The notes: generated by a model from the letters alone, not told the origin. 20,000 bases of DNA from Syntrophales bacterium (GCA_963665615.2 CAXXQE010000006.1:704278-724277); one strand, 5' to 3'. Shown: positions 8,785-17,859, numbered from the stretch's first letter. A program made the numbers and translations.

Positions 8785-8957
8785 CTAGAGATTATCTGCG
8801 GGGCTTCTCAGCACTGCCGGACATTTGTTCAATGCGTGCGTATAGAGCTCCTTGTCGTTTTAACATCTTTATGACCAGGAAGTTCCTGTACTGTTGGAAT
8901 GCCATAGCCATCCTCAAGCAGGTGCGCGGCAAAGGAATGCCGAAAGGTACGGCTTGG
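8785..8957 (-). pseudogene. intI: Integron integrase C-terminal remnant (truncated, frameshifted)
   Basis: Manual translation: [35 protein letters not shown], frameshift at ~8845-8852, then [19 protein letters not shown]. This matches the IntI C-terminal consensus HTxRHSFATHLLExGYDIRTVQELLGHxDVxTTMIYTHVLN...RSP. Confidence 0.9.
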
Positions 8958-9164
8958 AGCAGTCGATACCCTTCATAAAAATAACACCTTTCGTAGTCCT
9001 GAAACCACGTCTATGTCATACAAACGAGAATTTAACTATGGAGGTTGGGGGGTTTTGTCAACAAATATTTATCTGTTGGGCTTTTATGGCCCAATATCTT
9101 AGGCGTAGTTTCTCTTGTGGTTTTTTAGTTTTTGCCATACGATCTGTCAGCCGAAACCTACGAA

Positions 9165-9194
9165 ATAAAAAAGGCCCTCTTTTGAAGGGCCTTT
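9165..9194 (-). terminator. Intrinsic terminator after tRNA-Ala
   Basis: Minus strand AAAGGCCCT-tcaaaag-AGGGCCTTTTTTATT. Confidence 0.8.
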
Positions 9195-9224
9195 GATATC
9201 CACCGGACGGATCCGGGCTATTTT

Positions 9225-9300
9225 TGGTGGAGATGAGGGGGCTCGAACCCCTGACCTCGGCATTGCGAACGCCGCGCTCTCCCAGTTGAGCTACATCCCC
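9225..9300 (-). tRNA. tRNA-Ala (anticodon CGC)
   Basis: GGGGATGTAGCTCAACTGGGAGAGCGCGGCGTT-CGC-AATGCCGAGGTCAGGGGTTCGAGCCCCCTCATCTCCACCA: 76-nt cloverleaf with G3-U70, a TTCGA loop and encoded CCA. Confidence 0.97.
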
Positions 9301-9541
9301 GCATAATCGAGTTTGGACTCTATAAATGGAGTTGGGCCTTTATTTATATGAATCGCGGGCATCGTGTCAAGAAAAGATGCAGGGCTCGCTCCTTATTTTT
9401 GCAGCGACTCTCCATCATTTCACTAACCGACAGTTTCTAACCTGTTTTTTCACAATCGATTCAAGCTGCCGCGCAACAGTGCCGAATAATAGAAAGACAA
9501 TGCGTTTTCATTCGACCTTAATCAATTAGCGGGAGAACATC

Positions 9542-10615
9542 ATGGCGAAAATTGACGCGCTCTTCGAATATGCCCACGCGGAAGGGGCCTCTGACCTCCA
9601 CCTCTTTTCCGGAGCCAAGCCGACCCTGAGAGTAAGAGGCGACATGGAACGTTTCGGAGATAAACCTCTGGAGCAGGAAAGCCTCAAAGAAATGCTCTTC
9701 GAGATCCTGCCGGAAGACCGGCATCAAATCTTCGAGGAAACGGGGGACATCGACTTCGGCTACGAAATCGCCAACATCGCCCGCTACCGTTGCAACTACT
9801 TCCGCCAGAAGAACGGCATCGGCGCGGTTTTTCGCGAAATTCCCAGTCAGATCATGACGCTGGAGCAGTTGGGCATCCCCCCGATTCTCAAGGACCTCGC
9901 GCTGCTTCCCCGAGGATTGGTTCTGGTTACGGGACCTACCGGAAGCGGAAAGTCAACAACGCTGGCCGCCATTATCGATTATGCCAATGAGAAGCGAAAG
10001 AGTCATATTATTACCATCGAAGACCCGATCGAATTCGTGCATACCGAAAGAAACTGCTCTATCAACCACCGCGAGGTCGGCACCCACACCAAATCGTTCT
10101 CCACAGCCCTGAGGGCCGCACTGCGCGAGGATCCCGACATCATCCTCGTTGGCGAAATGCGGGATCTGGAAACCACCGCCCTGGCGATTGAGGCGGCCAA
10201 TACGGGGCATCTGGTCTTCGCGACCCTCCACACGATGGGAGCCACCCGAACGGTGGACAGGGTCATCGACCAGTTCCCCTCCGACCAGCAGCAACAGGTC
10301 CGCATGTCGCTGTCGGAATCCCTGAAAGCCATTATTTCGCAATCTCTCTTTAAGCGGATTGACCGCAAGGGGCGCGTCGCAGCCCTCGAGATCCTGTTCT
10401 GCAATGTGGCGGCGGCCAATTTGATACGCGAAGAAAAGACCTACCAGTTGATGTCTGTTATCCAGACGTCGAAGAAGATGGGAATGGTTTCAATGGACGA
10501 TTCCATCATGGATCTGCTCCAGAGGAAGTGGATCAGCGTCGACGAGGCCTACGAAAAGTCGGTGGACAAGAAGCGATTTGCGCCGCTGCTCAAATCGCCC
10601 CCTCCGGAATGGTAG
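9542..10615 (+). CDS. pilT: Type IV pilus retraction ATPase (PilT/PilU family)
   Basis: ASDLHL, Walker A GPTGSGKST, TIEDPIE, REDPDIILVGEMRD, TGHLVFATLH and an AAANLIRE motif. Confidence 0.92.
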   Translation: MAKIDALFEYAHAEGASDLHLFSGAKPTLRVRGDMERFGDKPLEQESLKEMLFEILPEDRHQIFEETGDIDFGYEIANIARYRCNYFRQKNGIGAVFREIPSQIMTLEQLGIPPILKDLALLPRGLVLVTGPTGSGKSTTLAAIIDYANEKRKSHIITIEDPIEFVHTERNCSINHREVGTHTKSFSTALRAALREDPDIILVGEMRDLETTALAIEAANTGHLVFATLHTMGATRTVDRVIDQFPSDQQQQVRMSLSESLKAIISQSLFKRIDRKGRVAALEILFCNVAAANLIREEKTYQLMSVIQTSKKMGMVSMDDSIMDLLQRKWISVDEAYEKSVDKKRFAPLLKSPPPEW

Positions 10616-10758
10616 TGCGGGCTGCTTGCAACGGCTCATCTGCTGTGCCTGTCCTCGCGCAGGCGGGGATTGCCCCCCGGTCCTCCCCGAGCATAATCCC
10701 AGGAAGAGCGCGCCGTTGCATCTGAACCCTTGCAAACAGCCTGCGAAAATTTCAGAGG

Positions 10759-11667
10759 CTAACCGGTGCCGTTTGTCAGGCCGGCAGCAGCGAGCGCCCG
10801 GTCGAGATGAACTTGCAGCAGGGCATTGTCCGGTTCCATCCTAACGGCCCGACGAAAGGCCCGAACGGCGTCGGCAGGGCGTCCGACGGCCATCAACGCA
10901 TGACCGAAGCGATTATAGAATGAAGCGTAATCGTTTGGACTGACCCGACACGCCTCTTCATAGGCCGACTCCGCCTGCGCAATGAGCCCCAGTTTCAGAC
11001 AAACATCCCCGGCACTGCAGTAATACAGCGCACAACCGGGGTTCTCGTCAATGGCGCGCTCGAAGGCCTTGCCGGCGCCATCGTAATCTCCGGCTTGAAG
11101 CATTGCCTGACCCAGCCGGAAGTGGTACCCGTCGGCACCCGCCGGATCTGTCGCGATTGCCCGTTCGTATGCCTCCAGCGCGCGATCGTGGGCCCCCGAG
11201 GCGATGAGCGCATCGCCCAGCGACAGCCAATAGAGCGTTGCATCCGGTTCCAACCGGCAAAGCCGTTCGAAAACCCCGATCGCCTCCGAAGAACGACGTG
11301 CCCTGAGATAGGCCCGTCCCAGCGTCACAGCAAGACTCAAATCGTCCGGCTGAGCCTTGACCACTTTTTCGCAAACCGCTACAAGAGTGCTGAAATCGCC
11401 CTGCGCCGTATGAATCCTGACCAGCTCATCGAAGGCAAATCCACTAAAAACGTTTCTGGACAACTCGGTTTCAAGCAGTTGTTCAAACAAGACAATGGCC
11501 TCGCTCGTTCGACCCGAGTCACGATAGGCCCAGGCCAATGCCAGTCGCAGCGAGTCTTCGTCCGGCCGTTCCCGGAGCAACGCCTGAAAGAGGGCGATCG
11601 CCTCGTCATAACGTTGCTGACGGACGTATTCACAGGCCAGGTCGTAAAAGGTGTCTTTATCCGCCAT
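10759..11667 (-). CDS. Tetratricopeptide repeat protein
   Basis: Several 34-aa TPR-like units, e.g. LGDALIASGAHDRALEAYERAIATDP. A GGAG RBS precedes ATG 11667. Confidence 0.88.
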   Translation of the reverse strand: MADKDTFYDLACEYVRQQRYDEAIALFQALLRERPDEDSLRLALAWAYRDSGRTSEAIVLFEQLLETELSRNVFSGFAFDELVRIHTAQGDFSTLVAVCEKVVKAQPDDLSLAVTLGRAYLRARRSSEAIGVFERLCRLEPDATLYWLSLGDALIASGAHDRALEAYERAIATDPAGADGYHFRLGQAMLQAGDYDGAGKAFERAIDENPGCALYYCSAGDVCLKLGLIAQAESAYEEACRVSPNDYASFYNRFGHALMAVGRPADAVRAFRRAVRMEPDNALLQVHLDRALAAAGLTNGTG

Positions 11668-11848
11668 GGTTTCTCCACCCAACGGGCTTTCTAACGGTTG
11701 CGAATCATAACGACCCGCCCGTCGAATGTCAATACGGCCAAGACGCTAAAAACGATACCACAAACTACGCGTATATCTTCGTATCAACGTGTACGGACTG
11801 TGAAACGTAACGCTCCAAATGGGCCTTCCGGGCAAGTTGATAATTCTC

Positions 11849-11877
11849 TTGACAGTCTCGGCTTTCTCAGATAGAAG
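11849..11877 (+). promoter_or_regulatory. Candidate sigma70 promoter of rpsT
   Basis: TTGACA-17 nt-TAGAAG, about 35 nt upstream of the start codon. Confidence 0.45.
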
Positions 11878-11912
11878 ATAGCGCTTGTTAACATGAACAA
11901 TGGAGGGTTATT

Positions 11913-12179
11913 TTGGCTAATCACGAATCCGCAGAAAAAAGAAACAGACAGAACATCCGGAGAAAAGCGAGAAACACTTCGATCAAGTCGAGAGTCAAGA
12001 CCGGCGCCAAGCGGGTGCTGGAGGCGATTGCCACGAAGGACAAGGACGCCTCTGCCGCCACACTGCAGAAAGCGATCTCCCTGCTCGACAAGGCGGCCTC
12101 TAAAGGAACACTGCACAGGAATACCGCTTCCCGTAAGATCTCCAGACTGACGAAAAAAGTAAACGCCCTGGACGCCTAG
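11913..12179 (+). CDS. rpsT: 30S ribosomal protein S20
   Basis: ANHESAEKRNRQ...RNTSIKSRVKT...LDKAASKGTLHRNTASRKISRL. TTG start after GGAGG. Confidence 0.97.
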   Translation: MANHESAEKRNRQNIRRKARNTSIKSRVKTGAKRVLEAIATKDKDASAATLQKAISLLDKAASKGTLHRNTASRKISRLTKKVNALDA

Positions 12180-12221
12180 ACACCGCGCTGCCCCCAGCGA
12201 ATCGCGTCCTGTGAATAAGCG

Positions 12222-12260
12222 AAAGCCCTTGCGCGCTGTTGCGCGAAGGGCTTTATTTGT
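12222..12260 (+). terminator. Intrinsic terminator of rpsT
   Basis: AAAGCCCTT-GCGC-gctgtt-GCGC-G-AAGGGCTTT followed by ATTTGTTTT. Confidence 0.8.
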
Positions 12261-12328
12261 TTTATACGGCTTCTAGACGGCATCAATGGATTTATGGTGC
12301 GCCGCGGGTAATGCGTTCGCTCAAGGAT

Positions 12329-13687
12329 TCAACCATTGACCATGTAGAGAAAGGCCTGAAGACATTCGGGACAGAGTTGCGTCCCTTTGGCCTGTTCCAT
12401 AATTTGTATCGCTTTCTCCTCCGGAAAGGCCTGACGATAGGGACGATCGCTGGTCAAGGCGTCATAGGTATCGGCAACTGCAAGAATCCTGGCAATCAAC
12501 GGGATCTTGACCCCGACCAGGCCCTGAGGATACCCTTTGCCATCCATCCGCTCATGATGACTCAAAATCGCCGGTATGATTTCAGTCATGCTCTCGATCG
12601 GCGAAAGAATGGAGGCCCCGATGCTGGGATGCACCTGAATGGCCTTGTATTCCTCATCTGTCAGTGGTCCCTCTTTCAGCAAGATCTCGTCGCGCACCCC
12701 GATCTTTCCGAGATCGTGCAGGGAACCCGCCGTCTTGATCTTGTCGAGCTCGTCCTCGCAAAATCCCATTCGATCGGCAATGGCGACTGAGATCTGCGCC
12801 ACGGAATCCGAGTGCCCCCGGGTATAACGATCCCGGGCCTCCAGGGCCAGGACCAGACTGGTGATGCTGCCGAGAATCAATCCCCGTTCAGAATCCAGCC
12901 GCTGCCTTTCCTGGAGGAGGTATTTAAAGTGGTCCGACAGGAGCCGCTCGGCTGTAATCAACAGGTGGTCGATACTAAAGGGTTTGATCAGAAAGGCGGA
13001 GGCCCCGTTCTGGAGCATGCGTCGCATCATGCCCCTGTCCGTGGAAGAGCTCATGATGATCAGCGGAATCGTCGAATAGAGAGGATCGGCGTGGAGCGCA
13101 TTCAAAAAAGCAAAACCGTTCTCCCGGGAAATTTCCAAATCGCACAGAATCAGATCCGGCTTGAGTTCTCCAAGCGTTCGCTTGGCCCCTCCGGCGTCCG
13201 ATGCCATTCCGACACCGAACCCCGCCGCAGTCAATCCGTCTGCGATCAACTTGCGAACATAGAGGGATCGATCAGCCACCAGGACGGTTCTCCCCCGAAT
13301 CAGGGAACTTCTCTCGAGCAGACCGCTTACACAGTCCTGGAGCTCATCACGAGCATTGGATTTAGTAATATAGGCGGCAGCACCCGCCTTAAACCCCTTC
13401 TCGATATCAGTTTCGGAGTCGCGCGCGCTTAAGATCACCACAGGCGTGGACTGCGTTTTTGAAAAGCTCTTAAGCCGGCTACACACTTCAAAACCATCGA
13501 TACCCGGCATATCGACGTCGGTGATGATGAGGTCGAATCCCCCCTCCTCGGCCGCTTCCAGTCCTTTTATTCCGTCAGATGCCTCGGCCACACGGAGGCC
13601 CATCTTCTTAAGCTCTCCAGTCAACGCGGAGCGCATGGTCATACTGTCATCGATGACGAGAATTTTCGGAATATCGACACCGTTCAT
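12329..13687 (-). CDS. Response regulator c-di-GMP phosphodiesterase (REC-REC-HD-GYP)
   Basis: Two receiver domains (ILVIDD...ITDVDMPG; LILCDL...KPF), then EARDRYTRGHS, LHDLGKIG, HHERMDGKGYPQGL and ADTYDALTSDRPYR. Start at 13687 or 13705. Confidence 0.93.
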   Translation of the reverse strand: MNGVDIPKILVIDDSMTMRSALTGELKKMGLRVAEASDGIKGLEAAEEGGFDLIITDVDMPGIDGFEVCSRLKSFSKTQSTPVVILSARDSETDIEKGFKAGAAAYITKSNARDELQDCVSGLLERSSLIRGRTVLVADRSLYVRKLIADGLTAAGFGVGMASDAGGAKRTLGELKPDLILCDLEISRENGFAFLNALHADPLYSTIPLIIMSSSTDRGMMRRMLQNGASAFLIKPFSIDHLLITAERLLSDHFKYLLQERQRLDSERGLILGSITSLVLALEARDRYTRGHSDSVAQISVAIADRMGFCEDELDKIKTAGSLHDLGKIGVRDEILLKEGPLTDEEYKAIQVHPSIGASILSPIESMTEIIPAILSHHERMDGKGYPQGLVGVKIPLIARILAVADTYDALTSDRPYRQAFPEEKAIQIMEQAKGTQLCPECLQAFLYMVNG

Positions 13688-13885
13688 AACTTTATTCCGC
13701 TTCAAAAGATAGGTTTCTAAATAAAAGGCTCGTCAGCCTGTAGGGCTATGACTTGTTTTAGATCGGATTTAAAGCAAAAAAACTTAATTAGATTTTACTT
13801 AGTTCAAAGTTTTATTTTGTTAATTGTATGGACTGTGATAGAACCCCAACAGGCTGGCAACAGCCTCTTAATAATGTAACGTACC

Positions 13886-13935
13886 CAGTCATTGAAGACT
13901 CACCGGAGCAAGCTCCGGTGAGTCTTCAATGACTG
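13886..13935. repeat. Perfect palindrome (24-bp arms, 2-nt spacer)
   Basis: CAGTCATTGAAGACTCACCGGAGC-AA-GCTCCGGTGAGTCTTCAATGACTG. Confidence 0.95.
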
Positions 13936-14029
13936 AGGAAGATGTTTTATTATGATTCGCTCGCTTACCCCGCAGCACGTTGCGAGGCATGCGCCCGCTG
14001 ACGGATTCACAAAAGAGAGGAGAGACAAC

Positions 14030-14956
14030 ATGCGTATAAAAACAGCAGGTTCGAGGAGGATAGAAAAAAAAGAGATTGTATTATGGATACCCGTCTTAAT
14101 AGGCCTGCTGATCCTGACAGTGGCGTCGGGCAATTGCCTTGGCGCGAAACAGGACAAACAGGACAAAAAAAATGTTATCGCCAAGTGGGGAACAAAAACC
14201 CTCACACAACAGGATTTGGAGATGCGGCTCAAGAGCTTGCCAGCGGAAGCGAAAGGACAGTTCGACAGTCCGGAACAGAAAAAGCGCTTGCTTGAAACCC
14301 TCGTTCAGCTCCAGATGGTCGCCGCAGAGGCAAAGACCCAAAAGCTGGACAAGAAGCCTGATGTCGCTACCATGATCGAGGACATGACGGATTCTGCACT
14401 GTATCAGACGTACCTCAAGCAACTCCTCAACAAGGTTCAGAAGCCGACGGATGGCGATATCGAAAACTACTTCAAGGCCCACGCATCGGAATTCGTCGTT
14501 CCAAAGCAGGTCAAAGCCCAGCACATTCTCTTGATGTTCAAACCCGACGCGAAACCCGAAGACAATGCGGCCGTGGAAGCCAAGGCAGAGGGGGTTTACA
14601 AGGAGATTACAGAGGGCGGCGACTTCTCCAAGCTCGCCATGCAGTACTCCGACGATACCGAAACGAAGGGCAATGGCGGGGACCTGGGATTTTTCTCGAA
14701 GGATCAGATGATTCCCGCCTTTTCGGACGTCGCCTTTGCCCTCAAAAAGGACGAGGTCAGCCGGCCGATCAAAACGGAATACGGCGTCCATATTATCAAG
14801 CTCAACGACGTCACGCCTGAAAAGAAGCTGGATTTGAAGGAAGCCTCCGCGTCGATTCTCGCCAAGATCGAGGAGCAACGCCGCAAGGAAGTGGTTACGA
14901 AAGAGTTAGAGAGACTGAAAAAGAAATACAACGTTCAGATTATGGACGTGAAGTAA
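14030..14956 (+). CDS. Exported PpiC-type peptidyl-prolyl isomerase (PrsA/SurA-like foldase)
   Basis: N-terminal hydrophobic signal, AQHILL, FSKLAMQYSDD...GGDLGFF...MIPAF and PIKTEYGVHII. A GAGGAG RBS precedes ATG 14030. Confidence 0.92.
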   Translation: MRIKTAGSRRIEKKEIVLWIPVLIGLLILTVASGNCLGAKQDKQDKKNVIAKWGTKTLTQQDLEMRLKSLPAEAKGQFDSPEQKKRLLETLVQLQMVAAEAKTQKLDKKPDVATMIEDMTDSALYQTYLKQLLNKVQKPTDGDIENYFKAHASEFVVPKQVKAQHILLMFKPDAKPEDNAAVEAKAEGVYKEITEGGDFSKLAMQYSDDTETKGNGGDLGFFSKDQMIPAFSDVAFALKKDEVSRPIKTEYGVHIIKLNDVTPEKKLDLKEASASILAKIEEQRRKEVVTKELERLKKKYNVQIMDVK

Positions 14957-14990
14957 AAGCCCATCGCATTACCCACCTGCTCGTTGAGGG

Positions 14991-15016
14991 CCTTCCGGAC
15001 GGATCGTCCGGAGGGG
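14991..15016. terminator. Hairpin between the convergent foldase and helicase genes
   Basis: CCTTCCGGACG-gat-CGTCCGGAGGG. Confidence 0.55.
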
Positions 15017-15060
15017 TTCTCGGCGGTCATCGATTTCGATTGCTTCTGAAATTCTTCCGA

Positions 15061-16377
15061 CTAACGCACAGTGCGCGGACGACGAGGTCTCAAAGACGCT
15101 ACATTGGAGAAGGGTCGCGAGGCTCCCCCCGAAACGCCCAGACCCGGAAATGCATCCGACAGGCTGCGTCGCGTCCGACTGGGAGCGGCTCCGCCGGAGC
15201 GGCGACTACCGGACGCTGAATCCCTGGCAGCCTCCGAGTGGCCTGAGGGCGCCGGAACAGTATAGTCGAAATCCTGCAGAATGCGGGAATCAAGCTTTTC
15301 CCCGAGCACCCGCTCGATCTCCCAGACAAACCCCCTGTCTTCGATCGTAACAAAGCTGAAGGCGTCTCCGGTTCTGGCCGCACGCCCCGTACGCCCGATG
15401 CGATGGGTATAAGCATCGACTGTATCTGGCATATCGTAATTAATGACATGCGAAATCAGGGAAATATCGATCCCGCGGGCCGCGATATCGGTGGCCACCA
15501 AAATGCGATATTTGCCCGCCCGGAATCCGTCCATGGCCGCCCGCCGCTTTCCTTGGGGCAGATCGCCGTGGAGGGCGACAACCTCATAGCCTGCCTTCTT
15601 CATTTGAGCAGCCAGCCGGCTGGTTCGTTCCTTCGTCCGCGTGAAGACGAGGACCGATCCCGTGTCGATACTGTCGAGCAGCTTCATCAGCAGTTTGGCC
15701 TTGAGATGGGGCTGGACAGGATAGATCGAATGGCTGACCGTTGAAACGGGCGCCATCTCGCCGGCCGTAACCGTAACAGGATTTACAAGAATATCGTCGG
15801 CCAGTCGCTTGATATCGTCGGGCATGGTGGCAGAAAAGAGCAGGGTCTGGGTCCCGGTAGGGATGCGGCCGATGATCGTGCGAATGTCGGGAAGGAATCC
15901 CATATCGAACATCCTGTCCGCCTCGTCGATGACAAGAACCTCAAGTTGCGACAGATCGAACACCCCTTGATCCATCAAGTCGATGAGGCGCCCCGGACAG
16001 GCCGTCATGATCTCTACGCCCTTTTTGATTTTGGCAATCTGCGGCGCCTTGCCCACGCCGCCGTAAATGGCGACCGCCTTAATCTTCGCATGCCGTGCGA
16101 GCCCTAAAATAAACTCATGGGTCTGCGCCGCCAACTCACGCGTTGGTGAGACAATCAGGGCTCGGATGTGTTTCCGTGGACCTGGCATCAGCCGCTGTAA
16201 GATCGGAAGAACAAAAGCGGCAGTCTTACCGGTTCCCGTCTGCGCCAACCCGATCAGGTCTCTTCCCTGGAAAATCTCCGGAATGGCCTGTGTCTGAATC
16301 GGCGTCGGCGCCGCATACCCCAGTGACTGAATACCCTTTTCTATTTCTGGACAAAAACCAAACGATGAAAAACTCAT
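15061..16377 (-). CDS. DEAD-box RNA helicase (RhlE-like)
   Basis: Q motif PTPIQ, AQTGTGKT, PTRELA, DEAD, SAT, ATDIAARGID and HRIGRTGR, plus an Arg/Ser-rich tail. An AAGGAG RBS precedes ATG 16377. Confidence 0.95.
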   Translation of the reverse strand: MSFSSFGFCPEIEKGIQSLGYAAPTPIQTQAIPEIFQGRDLIGLAQTGTGKTAAFVLPILQRLMPGPRKHIRALIVSPTRELAAQTHEFILGLARHAKIKAVAIYGGVGKAPQIAKIKKGVEIMTACPGRLIDLMDQGVFDLSQLEVLVIDEADRMFDMGFLPDIRTIIGRIPTGTQTLLFSATMPDDIKRLADDILVNPVTVTAGEMAPVSTVSHSIYPVQPHLKAKLLMKLLDSIDTGSVLVFTRTKERTSRLAAQMKKAGYEVVALHGDLPQGKRRAAMDGFRAGKYRILVATDIAARGIDISLISHVINYDMPDTVDAYTHRIGRTGRAARTGDAFSFVTIEDRGFVWEIERVLGEKLDSRILQDFDYTVPAPSGHSEAARDSASGSRRSGGAAPSRTRRSLSDAFPGLGVSGGASRPFSNVASLRPRRPRTVR

Positions 16378-16403
16378 GTAACTCCTTGACGGCCCATCCG
16401 TTG

Positions 16404-16438
16404 AAAAAAACCCCAGAAGCCTTCTTAAGGCCCTGGGG
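16404..16438 (-). terminator. Intrinsic terminator inside the helicase 5' leader
   Basis: CCCCAG-GGCCTT-aag-AAGGCT-T-CTGGGG-TTTTTTT, ending 26 nt before the ATG. Confidence 0.75.
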
Positions 16439-16479
16439 GCAATGCGCGTACAATGCTGATGGACCAACGTTTCTTTGGC

Positions 16480-16508
16480 AGTCTACCCAAGCAGCGCACG
16501 TAAGTCAA
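16480..16508 (-). promoter_or_regulatory. Candidate sigma70 promoter of the DEAD-box helicase
   Basis: TTGACT-17 nt-TAGACT. Confidence 0.6.
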
Positions 16509-16644
16509 GGTAAATGTTACATAAGTTATAGATTCGATGGCAAGCCGACAATGACCGGAGATTCCTCAGAGCCCCAATCCGCGCTACAATGCGCCGAATC
16601 GGTTTAAATCCGACACTGTCGATCATACCTGAAAAAACCGGACC

Positions 16645-17859
16645 TCATCGATCAGATAACGACATTTTTCTGAAAACCAAGGAGGCATTCATGCCGGCAA
16701 AACCGAAAGTATTGAGCATTCCCGTTTTGAGCCCAGTACAGGTGTCCTTTCCATATCCACAGTTGATCAGGGCATCGATCTCCGGATCCTTCTCGAACAG
16801 ATGTGGATTGACGGGCAATGTTCCACTATCGAGAATCAGCTTGGCGTGGATGAGGTTATTGATCCCCTGCGCCCCATGGGTATTGCCGCACAAGGCTTTG
16901 GCGGAGTACACGGGTGTCGTCCTTCCGAAAACCACCTGAATCGCACGTGCCTCTTCCAGATCTCCCTGACGTGATCCGTTGGCATTGGCGTGAATAAAGT
17001 CAATGCCCTCCGGTGTCATCTCTGCGGTCTCCAAAGCATCCCGCATGCATCGCACCATTTCTTTTTCCGATACGGCAAAGAGGTTATCCGCACCGCAATT
17101 GGCGTTCACTCCGAGGAGCTCCAGCAAGCCGTTTTCCGCCTTCCTGCGCAAAATCACACATGCCGCTCCCTCCGCATAGACAAAACCTCGACGCGTGTTG
17201 CAGAAGGGCCTGGCCGCTGTTTCGATCGGTTCGATCCTGGAAAGCACCCGCGCGGACATCCAGGTATCGAGTAATCCTTTGGCCAGAGCGGAATCCACCC
17301 CGACAACGACCGCCTCATCGATGAGCTCCAGCGCCAGATCCCGCATGGCGAAGCTCAGACATTGGAGTCCCGAGGCGCACGACGATGTCACAGTGACGCA
17401 CATGTCGCGCAGATCAAACTGCCGCGACAACCTAGCCGTCAGGTAGTAGTTCGCACATTCCACGATCGCGCTGGCCGTATTGCGCTTGCCAGAAAAGATC
17501 AGTTCGTAGCTGTGCGCCACGCTGTCATGGGAGGTCAGACTGCTGCCGACATACAGACCCCTTTTAACACCGGCAGGTAGTGCCGGGGCTTTTTGAAGGG
17601 CCTGATCGACCACATACAGAGCCAGCAGCACATTGCGCTGCTCATTGACGGCAAACGCTATCTGTTGATCGGAGAGATAGGCCTTCACCCGTTCGATATC
17701 GCAGCAGCCGACTGGAAGCCCCGCCCCGCGGTATTCATAACCCTCCAGCAGTTTAATACCCGACTTGCCTTCTAGGATAGACCGACGGCTCTCCTCTTCG
17801 GAGAGACCCGTTGCCGTTGCAATCCCACTACTGACGACGACTGCCGACAATTTTCTCAT
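16645..17859 (-). CDS. Beta-ketoacyl synthase (FabF-like) with an atypical active site
   Basis: VTSSCASG, ARPFCNTRRGFVYAEGA, YSAKALCGN and NTFGFAGMNASL. GAGGAG RBS. Confidence 0.88.
   Translation of the reverse strand: MRKLSAVVVSSGIATATGLSEEESRRSILEGKSGIKLLEGYEYRGAGLPVGCCDIERVKAYLSDQQIAFAVNEQRNVLLALYVVDQALQKAPALPAGVKRGLYVGSSLTSHDSVAHSYELIFSGKRNTASAIVECANYYLTARLSRQFDLRDMCVTVTSSCASGLQCLSFAMRDLALELIDEAVVVGVDSALAKGLLDTWMSARVLSRIEPIETAARPFCNTRRGFVYAEGAACVILRRKAENGLLELLGVNANCGADNLFAVSEKEMVRCMRDALETAEMTPEGIDFIHANANGSRQGDLEEARAIQVVFGRTTPVYSAKALCGNTHGAQGINNLIHAKLILDSGTLPVNPHLFEKDPEIDALINCGYGKDTCTGLKTGMLNTFGFAGMNASLVFRKMSLSDR

Noticed and set aside
8914..8990. RBS-like sequence plus ATG (MKGIDCSKP...) just upstream of the intI remnant
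   Set aside because: 20 codons, out of frame with intI and too short to assign. At most the start of a deleted gene.
8894..9196. 100-aa + strand ORF where a conventional divergent intI would sit
   Set aside because: No tyrosine-recombinase motifs. It overlaps the minus-strand intI remnant and the tRNA terminator.
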